From the human T2T-CHM13v2.0 reference genome, Homo sapiens, in the NCBI RefSeq assembly GCF_009914755.1, contig NC_060930.1: DNA of 64,000 nt; one strand, given 5' to 3'. Below, piece by piece: positions 1 through 20,336 of the stretch. How positions within the stretch are numbered: position 1 is the first letter of the stretch; the number at the start of each line of letters is the position of its first letter. The translations under genes were made by a program, and so were the position numbers. The notes under the pieces were generated by a model, which saw only the letters and a list, made by a program, of their open reading frames with translations, searched no databases and was not told the DNA's origin.

Positions 1-1460
1 CATAAAGCAAAACCAGTAACTCACAAAAACAAAGACAGAATATTAGATGTTAAAACTATAACAGTAGAAGTTGTAAATACTATAGATTAGACAAGTACCA
101 GGATAAATATAGCTGAAGAATAATTTGTGAGGTAAAAGATAAGATGAAAGATAATCCCAGAAGACAGTAGGAAAGAATAAAGACATCAAAAATATAAAAG
201 AAAGTTCAGCAAAATGTATGCTAGAAATAGAAGTATCAACATCTGAATCATAAGAGAACTCACAGTGAGAGGAAAAAAATATATACGTGAGAAAATAATG
301 ACTAATAAATTTACAATTTTTTTTTAATTATGAAAGACCTCAGAGAAAAGGGTTCAAAGGATACTTAACAGGAGCTTCAGAAAAATCCACACCTATGCTC
401 GTTATATTGAGACAAATAAATATTTTTAAAACTTAGAAAGAAGAGTTTATCAACTGGGCACAGTGGCTCACGCCTATAATCCCAGCACTTTGGGACTTTG
501 GGAGGTAGAGGCGGGTGGATCACTTGCGGACAGGAGTTCGAGACCAGCCTGGCCAATATGGTGAAACCCTGTGTCTACTAAAAATACAAAAATTAGCCCC
601 GCCTGGTGGCGTGTGCCTGTAGTCCCAGCTACTCGGGAGGCTGAGGCAAACCCGGGAGGTGGAGGTTCCAGTGGGTGACAGAGTGATACCCTATCAGAAA
701 AAAAAAAAAAAAAAAGAACAGTTTACAAAGGAGTAAGATCAGATTGATGTCAGACTTTTCAACAGCAATGAATGCAAGAATAAAATAAAATAATATTTTT
801 ATAGTAGTGAAGGAAAATAAACTGGAGTTTAGAACTTTATATGTATCAAAATTGCTATTCAAGTGAGATGGCATAACAAATTTATTATCATGCAAAGAAT
901 CCAAAGGCTCATATTTAAAACACTCTTGGACGTGGAAAAAAAAAAAAAAAAACACTCTTAGAGGAAGTACACAAAAAGAGAATCAAATCAAGAAATTTAC
1001 AACAACAAATATAAGGGTGATTTGTCAACAAATCCAGGACCATATTTTTAAAAGAGGGTAAATGAATGTGTGTGTGTGTAATATCTACTTGGTAGGAGAA
1101 TTGGCATTAGAGGGAGGGAAGTAGAAAATCAAAAGAACATAAGAGTATGCTAAAGAACTTAGGAGGCAAGATATAAATATTAAGGTAGTTAAGACATTTT
1201 AAAAGGTAAATGCTCACTGTGTTAAATTAAAGGCAACCACCATAAGAACAGAATCAGTATGTATAACTTTTAATACAGCAGAAAAAAATCAGTCTATCAA
1301 ATGGAAAGCAAGAAAAGGGAAGAAACATTGTACAATAAAAACAGAATGTGAAATGAGTTGCAAAAGTAAATCTTTACTTCAGCAGTTACCAATAAAAGAA
1401 CAAAGGCTCTAATAATGGAGGAAAAAGGGAACCAAATCATGTGTGATTTATAACAAATAC
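1..1460 (+). mobile_element. Old L1M fragment (ORF1-like), interrupted by an Alu
   Basis: A-rich; atcagattgatgtcagacttttcaacagcaa resembles L1 ORF1. Confidence 0.55.
452..715 (+). mobile_element. Alu (S-type, internal deletion)
   Basis: Alu head, middle A-rich linker and poly-A tail. Confidence 0.9.
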
Positions 1461-3968
<2,508 letters not shown>

Positions 3969-4093
3969 GCATATGGCAAATCCTCTTAAAGCAGAAAGAT
4001 ATGTAAAGATTGAAATTTAAAAACAGGGAAAAAAGATTTACCTGGTGGCAAATATGACACAAAAGAAAGTTGGGCAACAGTCTCAATATGTAA

Positions 4094-4737
<644 letters not shown>

Positions 4738-4770
4738 TGCACTTTATTTTTAACCTTAAATTCTATTTTG

Positions 4771-7800
<3,030 letters not shown>

Positions 7801-7805
7801 TTCAT

Positions 7806-8199
7806 GTTACTACAGGTTGGATTGTGTCCCACAGAATCCCATGTTGAAGCCCTAACCACCAATGGGACTATATTTGGAGATAGGGCCTTTTACAGAAGTA
7901 ATTCAGGTTAAATGAATTCATAAGGGTAGGGCCATGATTCAATAGGATTAATTCAATAGGAAGAGAAACCAGGGTATGCTCTCTTGCTCTTTCTCCCTCC
8001 CAGCCTTCCTCTCTCTTTCTCTCTCACTCTGCCCCCAGAAGATGGCAACTCTCTCTATAAGCCAGGAAGAGCCCTTACCAGAAGCTGACCATGCTGGCGC
8101 CTTGATCTCAGACTTCCAACCTCCAGAACTGTGAGAGAATATATTTCTGTTGTTTAAGCCACCTAGTTTTATTTTGTTATGGCACCCCAAGCTAATACA
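7806..8199 (+). mobile_element. MaLR LTR (MLT1A-like)
   Basis: gttgaagccctaacc...tttggagatagggcc...gacttccaacctccagaactgtgag...ttatggcacc..ctaataca. Confidence 0.8.
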
Positions 8200-8544
8200 T
8201 ATATCAATAATTACATTATTCCTAATACAAAGAAATGATAAATTCTTGAGGTGGTAGATGCCCCAATTACTCTGATTTGGTCATTGCACATTGTATGCCT
8301 GTAACTAACATCACATGTACCTCACTAATATATACAACGGTTGTGTACCCATAATAATTAAACATAAAAATTAAGAAAAAAAATTACACTAAATGCAAAT
8401 GATCTAAATACCTCAATTAAGAAACCCAGTTCAGGCCAGGCATGGTGGCTTACACCTGTAAACCCAGCACTCTACAAAAAAAAACAAACAAACAAAAAAC
8501 AAAAACAAAAACAAAAAAAAACCCAGTTCAAATATAACAATATA

Positions 8545-8924
<380 letters not shown>

Positions 8925-9202
8925 TTAGAGGAATACAGGAGTGAGTGTACTACTCTCAGATAAGGTAAACTTCAGAGCCAAAACAAAAAAAATTACCAGA
9001 GAAAGATAAGGACGTTTTATAATAATAGAAGGGTCAGTCTATCAAGAAGACATTGCAGTCAGAAATGTTTATGCCCAAAACACCAGAGCTGTAAAATATG
9101 TGAAGCAAAAACTGACGGAACTGAAAGAAAAAATAGAAAATCCACAATTATAATTGGAGACATCAACACAACTCTCACAACTATTAATAAAACTAGAAAG
9201 AA

Positions 9203-9513
9203 GGCAGGGAGTGGTGGCTCAGGCCTGTAATCCCAGCACTTTGGGAGGCCGAGGGGGGTGGATCACGAGGTCAGGAGATCGAGACCATCCTGGCTAACAC
9301 GGTGAAACCCCGACTCTACTAAAAATACAAAAAATTAGCTGGGCGTGGTGGCGGGCGCCTGTAGTCCCAGATACTCGGGAGGCTGAGGCAGGAGAATGGC
9401 GTGAACCTGGGGATGGAGCTTTCAGTGAGCTGAGATCCTGCCACTGCACTCCAGCAACCTGGGGGACAGAGCAAGACTCTGTCTCAAAAAAAATAAAAAT
9501 AAAAAAATAAAAA
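9203..9513 (+). mobile_element. AluY-like
   Basis: gagatcgagaccatcctggctaacacggtg and gaatggcgtgaacc diagnostics; TSD aaactagaaagaa. Confidence 0.9.
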
Positions 9514-9625
9514 CTAGAAAGAAAATCAGCAAAGATGTAGAAGAGCTCAATAACACCATCAACCAACAGGATCAAATCCACATTTACAGGACACTCCACC
9601 CATCAATAGCAGAATACACATTGGC

Positions 9626-10485
9626 TCTTTTTTGTTGTTTTTCTTTTCCGGTTTTACTAGGTGCAAGGGGTACATATGCAGGTTTGTTACATGGGTAAAT
9701 TGCGTGTCACAAGGGTTTGGTGTACAGATAATTTTAAAAGAATTTAAATTATACAAACTTTTCTCTGACTACAATGGAATCAAATTAGAAATCAATAACG
9801 GAAAGACAGCAGAGGAAAAATCATCAGCATAATACCCGATAGGTGCTTTTTCAATCATCACTGTCCTCCCACCCTCCACCCTCAAATAGGCCCCAGTGTC
9901 TATTTTTCCCATCTTTGTGTCCATGTGTATGCAATTAGCTGGTTTTTTGCTCCTGCGGTAATTTGTTTAGGATTATGGCCTCCAGTTCCATCTATGTTGC
10001 TGCAAAGGCCATGATCCCATTTTTTATAGCTGTGTAGTATTTCATGGTGTATATGTACCACATCTTCTTTATCCAGTGCACTGTTGATGAGCACTGGATA
10101 AAGAAATCTAGGTTCATTCCATGTCTTTGCTAACGTGAATAGCAGTGTGATGAACATGCATGTGCATGTGTCTTTATGACAGAACAATTTATATTCTTTT
10201 AGGTATATACCCAACAATGGAATTGCTGGGTTGTATGGGAATTTTGCTTTAAGTTCTTTGAGAAATCTCCAGACTGCTTTCCACAGTGCCTGAACTAATT
10301 TACATTACCCCCAATAGTGTACAAGTGTTCCTTTTTCTCCACAACCTTGTTAGCACCTGTTGTTTTTGACTTTTTAACAATAGCCATTCTGACTGGGGTG
10401 AGATGGTGTCTCATCATTGTTTTGATTTGCATTTCCCTAATGATTAGTTATACTGAGCATTTTTTTCACATGCTTGTTGGCCGCA
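9626..10485 (-). mobile_element. L1PA-type 3' end, antisense, inside an older L1
   Basis: 3' UTR and zinc-knuckle region; flanking cagaata(c/t)acatt TSD. Confidence 0.85.
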
Positions 10486-10774
10486 CAGAATATACATTCT
10501 TTTGAAGTGTCCATGCAACATATACCAAGTTGGACTATATCCAGGGCCATAAAACAAATATTGATAAATTTAAAAGAATATAAATTATACAGAATGTGTT
10601 CTCTGACTACATTGGAATCAAACTAGAAATAAATAACAGAAAGATGACAGAGGAAAGTCAAGAAACTAAGCGAAAACTTTTAAATACTCTACGAGTCAAA
10701 AAATAAATCTCAAAGGAAATTTAAAAATACACTAAATTGAAAGAAAATAAGAATACAACATATCAAAAATTTCT

Positions 10775-12195
<1,421 letters not shown>

Positions 12196-12457
12196 ATTAT
12201 AGGACACAGCTAAACCAGTGCTGAAAGGGAAATTTATAGCATTAAATGCATACATTAAAAAGAAGAAAAACTGGGTGCTACTTGGGAGGCTGAGGCAGGA
12301 AAGGATCACTTGAGCCCAGTAGTTCGAGGCCAGCCTGGGCAACATAAGGAGACCTTGTCTCTTTAAAAAAAAAAAAAAGTACACAAATTAATAATTCAAA
12401 CTCTCATCTCAAGAGCCCAGAAAAAGAAGATCAAAATACATCCAAAGAAGAAAGGAA

Positions 12458-12757
<300 letters not shown>

Positions 12758-13283
12758 TCAGTCAACTGATGAACCTCTAGCAGACTACACTGACAAAGAA
12801 GAAAGAAAGAATATAGAAATGTCCACAGGGAATATCCCTACACACCCTGCAGACATCGGAAAAACATAAATGGTGCTGGAACAATTGAACATTCAAGGGC
12901 CATAGGAGGAGAGAAAGACAACAAGGAGGAAAAGAAGGAGGAGCAGCAGTTTAATCTAAGACTCATACCTTCTGCAAAAATTGACTCAATATGGATTACA
13001 AACTTCTATGCAAAATGTAAAACTATAAAACTTTTAGAATAAGATAGGGGAAAATCTTCTGAATCTAGATCTGGGCAACAAGTTCTTAGATTTGACACCA
13101 AAAACATGATCTGTAAAATGAAAAAATGGATATATTAGACCTGATTAAAACTAAAAACTGTTGCTCTGTGAAAGACTTGTAAAGGAATGAAAAGGCAAGC
13201 TACATAATGGAAGAAAATATTTGCAAATCATGTATCCAACAAAGGACTAGTATCTAGAATATATAACAACTTATCAAAACTCA

Positions 13284-13547
13284 GGCCAGGCCCCCTGGCT
13301 CATGCCTGTAATCCCAGCACTTTGGGAGGCTGAGGCGAGTGGATGACTTGAGGTCAGGAGTTTGAGACCAGCCTAGCCAACATGGTGAAACTCTGTCTCT
13401 ACTAAAAATACTAAAAATTAGCTGGGCGTTGTGGCACACGCCTGTAATCCCAGGAGGTAGAGGTTGGGGTGAGCCGAGGTCATGCCACTGCACTCTAGCC
13501 TGAGTGACAGAGTAAGACTCCATCTCAGAAAAAAAAAGAAAAAAAAT
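13284..13547 (+). mobile_element. AluS with internal deletion
   Basis: Alu consensus match. Confidence 0.9.
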
Positions 13548-13744
13548 CAACAGTTTGAAAAAAATTAATTAGAAAATGGGAAAAATTCATGAAGAGACAT
13601 TTCATTAAAAGGATATACAGATGGCAAATAAGCACATGAAAAGATGTTCGATATCATTAGCCATTAAGGAAACGCAAATTAAAACCACAATAAGATCTCA
13701 CTACACACATATTAGAATGGCTGAAATAAAAAATAGTGACAATA

Positions 13745-14211
<467 letters not shown>

Positions 14212-16499
14212 TTATGTCCACACAAAAACTTATATTCATATCAGCCAAATCTGGAAACAACCCAGATGTGATGGACAGATGGCTAAACTAACTGTGCTAT
14301 ACCCATACCATATAATACAACTAGGCAATAATAAATTATTGATATATGCAACAACCTTGTATGATCTCCAGAGAAATACATTGAGAGAAAAAAAAGTCAA
14401 TCCCAAAAGTGTATATACTATATGTTTCCATTTATTAATCATTTGTTTTAAAATGACAAAAAAAAATTTGTCTTGAAGTGACAAAGTCATAGAAATGGAT
14501 AAGAGATTAGTGATTGCTAGACATTAAGGAGGGTATGGGATGGTAGGGAAGTGGGTGTGTCTAGAAAAGGGCAAGGTGAAGAATCCTTGTGATCATAGAA
14601 GTGTTCTGTATTGTGGCTGTATCCATGTATCCTAATTGTGATATTGTACCATAGTTTTGCAAAATGTTACCATCAAGGGAAACTGGGTAAAGGATACACA
14701 GGATTGTTTTTATTATTTCTTACCACTGCATGTGAATCTACAATATACAGCAAAATTTATACTTAATGGAGAATATTTAGGTTTATTTCCTTTAAGAGTA
14801 ATGCTCATTATCACCCTACTGTTTGACACAGCATTGAAGATCCTAGTCAACAACATGAAAAATAAAACACTAAGGATTAAGAGGGAAAACACAAAACAAT
14901 GCTCGCAGATGATACTATTATCTACCTGGAAAAAGAGAGAGACAGAGAGAATATCAATAACAACAATGACAACAACAACAACAAAAACCCCACTAAAACC
15001 AATAAGAGGATCGAGCAAGGTTGTCCCATATAAGATCAACTTACAAAAATTATTAATTTCTAATATTTGAAAATCATATATCAGTATTTGAATATCATAT
15101 ATCCAATAAAGGGTTAATATTCAGAATATGTAAAGAACTCATAAAACCCAACAATAATTGTTTATACAAACAGTTAAAAAGGGGGCAACAAACTTCAACA
15201 GACATTTTTCCAAAGATGATATACAAGTGGCAAACACACATATGAAAAGATGCTCAGCATTACTTATTATTAGAGAAGTGCAAATTAAAACCATAACATC
15301 ATCTAATTCTCATTAGCATGGCTACTATAAAAATGAAAGGAAAAAGGAAAGAAGGGAGGGAATGAAGGAGGGAGCAAATGAAGGAGGAAAGGAAAGAAGG
15401 AAGGAAGGAAGGAAGGGAGAGAGGGAGGGAAGAAATAAGTGTTGGTGAGGATGTAGAGACATTAGAACCTTTATATGCAATGTTCGTGGGATTGTAAAAT
15501 GTGTAACTGCTATGGGAAACAGTACGGCAGTTCCTCAAAAAATCAGTAGTAAAACTACTATATGACCCAAGAGTCCACTTCTGGGTATAAATGCAAAAGA
15601 ATTGAAAGCAGGGACTTAAGCAGATATTTTCCCCCATATTCATAGCAGCACTATTCTCGATAGCCAAGAGGTGGAAGCAACAAAGATGTCCATAGACAGA
15701 TGAATGGGCAAACAAAATATGGCATATACATACAGTAGCTTATTATTCAGCCTAAAAAGGAAGAAAGCACTCTTACATGCTGCAACAAGTATGAATTTTA
15801 AGGACATTAAGCTAAGTGAAATAAGCCAATCGCCAAAAGACAAAAACTCCATGATTGCACTTGTACAGGGTATCTGAAGTAGTCAGATTCATAGAAACAG
15901 AATGTAGAGTGATAGTAGCCAGGGGCTAGAGGAAGAGAGAAATGAGGAGTTGTTGTTTAATGGGTGTAGAGTTCTGGTTTTGCAAGGTGAAAAGGAGTTC
16001 TGGAGATTGGTTGCACAAAAATGTGAATATACTTAACACTGCTGAGCTGTACACTTCAAAGTGGTTAAGACGGTAAATGTTATTTTTTTAACCACAATTT
16101 TTTAAATTAGATACATTCTTCTACATCAGAAATTACTGATTCAAAAGTAGAATTGCAATAAGATACCAATCACAATAGCAGCAAAAGCTACAACATGCCT
16201 AAGAATTAACTGAGCATACTCAGGACTACTATGAAAAAGTAAAGTTTAAAAACCATAATAAAGAGCAAACAAAATGATTTCAATAAATGAGAAAACATCC
16301 TGTTTTTGCATGGTATGATTTAGTAATAAAAACAAGTCAGTTAACCCCAAATTTCTATAAATTCAGTATAACCACAATCAAAATTCAAGTGGGGAAGACA
16401 GAACTAGAAGTGAGTGTCCTCCCAAACTCCCCAGTAGGAAACTACAAACTTAGTTTCTGTTGCTACTATGCGCTTGTCATTGTCCAAGGCCAAAAGAAG

Positions 16500-17002
16500 C
16501 CCAGATTTTGCACCTCTCTCTCCACCCCACAACATTGACGTTTTTCCTTCTTGTTGTGAATGTACTTCCTGTCCTCCATCTGTCCTTCTGGACCCACTCT
16601 CAATACTTCTGCACCTGGGGTCTGCCTCAGGTGCTGACCTGCATGACATTGAATGGCTCCCATGCTCCCTGGCTTCTTCTTGCTTCCAGCATCAGCCTAA
16701 GAGCAGAGGGAGGAGGGGAGTGAGGTCAGTGTTTCTAATCCCTTGGCTTCCTCCCTACAAGGTCACCTTAAGCTGTTGTGTCCCTTGACTGAAGGGCACT
16801 GCCCTTGGCAAGGTGGTGACTGTACAGGGCTTGCTGTCCTTCTGAGTCCTGATAACCCCTTCTGTCCCTGGCCTCTTTGGACCTTGGGGTAGTAACAGCT
16901 ATCCTCCACCCAGTTCTTTGTAAATACTTTGCTAATAAATAAACTTTCCTTGAAATGTCCTATTTCGAGTATGCCATCTGTTTTCTGTTGAGACTCTGAT
17001 AC
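16500..17002 (+). mobile_element. Ancient ERVL-type solo LTR (LTR41-like)
   Basis: ggcttcctccct..., aataaa, end gagtatgccatctgttttctgttgagactctgataca. Confidence 0.55.
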
Positions 17003-17818
17003 AATAAAAGCCATTTCTTTATTCCCTGCCCCAGACCAGCACGGCCAGGGGCCTCTTGGAAGCCTCATATGAAATGGAAGAGGAAGGGTCTGGAGAAACA
17101 AGGAGCCCCCCATCTGGGAGTAGTCTCTATAGGTTTGGGGCCTCTCCACTCTCTGAAACCCCTGGAGACTGGTCTGGCCAAGTAGTGGCAGGAAGCACCA
17201 CGGAGAAATCCCCCATGCCTTGCTTCAAGGCAGTTGGAGGGCTCTTGGGAATGACAGACACTCAAGCCAAAAAAAAAAAGGATTTGAGGATGGGGTTGAA
17301 CTCCACCCTCGTTTTTCATCTGATTTGCCCAATTTTACTTTGGAAAGAGAAAAACTTGAGAAAATGGCCTAAAGATAATTTTCATAAATAGACATTGGGA
17401 TTAAATGTCAATCTTGTCTGTTTCTTTCACATGCATGTGTTCGTGGGTAGGGAGGCAAAGAGAACCTGGAACCTAGGAACATGCTCTCCCTCAGGGAAAA
17501 AAAAAATGCCAAGGATACCACCTCCCGTGGTGTATTTGAGATTTATTCTCATTGTCTTTAATGGTCAAAAGAAGAAGCTCAAATGTGGGGTCAACGCGTT
17601 TCTCTAAAATATTGTTATCTGCCCCAAGTGTTGAAGGAACTCCCTGCACTGTGTGTGCCCTTGTTAACACAGGCCCAGTTCTTTCATGGGAGGGGAGGTG
17701 GACTAGATGACCTTTAAAACCAATTCTAGCTCCAAGTTCAGCTTTTAAAACAACAAGACATTGAAGGGCGAAAACAATTCTTTGTGCAGCTTGGATTATG
17801 TATAACCCGAAAGTCCAG

Positions 17819-17998
17819 CTCTCTCTCTCTTCCCCCGCTCCCCTCCCTCCCTCTCTCTATGTCCCTCTCCTTCTTTCTCCCACTCCACTTCTCTCCTCTC
17901 ACCCTTTTGCTCCCTCTCTCTTACTCTCTTCCACTCCTTCTCTTTTTTTCCTCTCTTTCTCTCACATGTGCTCAAGTGCACACACACACACACACACA
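17819..17998 (+). repeat. CT-rich low-complexity tract followed by (CA)10
   Basis: Seen directly. Confidence 0.9.
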
Positions 17999-18400
17999 CG
18001 CACTCCTTTTTTGGCAATCCATTATGTTTACATTCCATTCTCCTCATGCAGCATCCATTCTCTTCTCCTCATCCTCCTACAATTGGTGCACCATCACCCT
18101 TCTTCCACCTTCCTTTCAAGTACCACTCATTCCCCTGTGTAAGAACTCCCCTTTCTACCTATAGTATTCTGATTTTCTGGATCCTAGGAGACCTACATAT
18201 ACTTTTCCCTATTCCTTACCTGAAAGGGGACAGCCTTTCCTATAAAACAAAAAACCTACAAAGTTAGGGCAGAGAAAAGCCTGCACTGGGAATCTCTAGA
18301 AAAGGAACTGGAAGCCGTCCCATTAGCTAACTCTCTACTTCCTTTCTCTGGGATCCTGCCACTTTGATTCCCACTGCTGTGACTAGAACTAGACCCTTCA

Positions 18401-18800
<400 letters not shown>

Positions 18801-19314
18801 CTAAACTAGAATTTCAAAAGGAATTTGCTTTGTCAAACAAACAAAAATAAAAACAAAAACAGTGAATAGAAAAAAATGAAAATGAAACATAAAAATGGTA
18901 AAATGTAGAGATTAAGTTCCTTCCACTGACTTCTTCTGTTAACCCCTTCCAGAAGAGATGCTCTAATTCCAAGGATGCTTCTGAAGAAATTATGGAGGTG
19001 TTCCAAATCAACTCATTTCTTGGTTTCTTTTTCTTACCCATATTCTAGTATCTAGCTCTAATTCCAAAAACAATTCCACACCCTAGGTTTCTGTGTCCAG
19101 CAGGTGTCGCCCTTCGTGGGACAACAAACCACCAGCCAGCATCCTCTCTTCCTTAGGGTGGAGTCCATTCCCCCAAAGGGCTCTCCTTGGTCTTGGGGTA
19201 GAAGGGAATGGAACGGTGGCTCTGAAGAGATGTGTGCTCACCAGCATGAGGGTCTTCAGAATAAAGTAATCTGCTACTTCCAGCTCAGGTAGACAAACAT
19301 CCTACAGAAATCTG

Positions 19315-19480
19315 TTCTTTGACCTTGGACAAGTCACTTAAATGTCTCTGAGCCTCACATCTTTTGTCTGTAACATAGAGGGAAACAATCTGTCCCTTGT
19401 GTGGTTATTGTGAGAAGAGAATGAGCTACAAATATAAAGGTCTGAGACCAGTGCCTAAGACATAATAATCACTCAAGCTA
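19315..19480 (+). mobile_element. MIR
   Basis: tgaccttggacaagtcacttaa...tctctgagcctca core. Confidence 0.75.
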
Positions 19481-19996
19481 TGTTCCCTTCTGCATTCAGG
19501 GTATGGAAGAAATAACTGTCTAGAACTCAATCTGGAGTTAAGCTCTGTCCCCTGAATCCTGAGGGGTATGAGGGGTCTGCCTTACGGTTGTGATGAGGAT
19601 CAAAGCACCTGGTACAATGCCTGGCCAGAAAGTTGAATAATCGAATATAGCTAACGTCACTATTGCAGGCTGGCTATGTGCCTGGTGGTGTTCTTAGCCA
19701 TTTACAAGTATGAACTCATTTAATCCTCATAAGATCCTGTATGAGGTGAGTAAGCTGTTAATTCCCTTCCTTGCCCATACTCTGTGACTCCAACCCACCA
19801 CAGTTGAATTTCTCCTTATGAATTATAAATCAGAAAACGGCCCCAAATTCTGTCATGTCTAAGTGGGAAAATGGAAGAAGGCATTGATTTCTCCCCTACT
19901 CAAGCAGAAGAGAATTAACCTCAGTCCCTGCTTTGCCCATATTCCTTCCCCAGGGCCCCAGGAAGAAGACATGGAAAAACAATATTTCCACCAAAG

Positions 19997-20002
19997 TTTA
20001 TT
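19997..20002 (-). terminator. HLA-DMB polyadenylation signal AATAAA
   Basis: tttatt on + strand, ~320 nt downstream of the stop codon. Confidence 0.75.
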
Positions 20003-20319
20003 TCTCTGAAACAATCACCAGTTGCTGTCCTCTATGGCACACTGAGAGCCCCAGGAGGGTCTTTAACTCCCTTCCTCAGATTATATTCATCCCAGAAATA
20101 TAGCCTTGGACAATAATTTGGTTACAGCATAGTCCCAGGAATGAGGTCCCCCAAGTTGCTAAGTTTTACATAGGGGAGACTGGGAAATTCAAAGAATTGG
20201 ATGGAGAAACCATAGGATCCAAGATAATGTCAGGGGGTTGAAGATGTTGGAGAGGCATGGTAGCATCATTGAGTTTGAATCTCCTTCTCACTTGGAGTGG
20301 AAGTTGTAGGATTCTGCCT

Positions 20320-20336
20320 CTAGGAAATGTGCCATC
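20320..20336 (-). CDS. HLA-DMB: HLA-DMB exon 6 coding part to TAG
   Basis: gtag|GA TGG CAC ATT TCC TAG. Confidence 0.95.
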
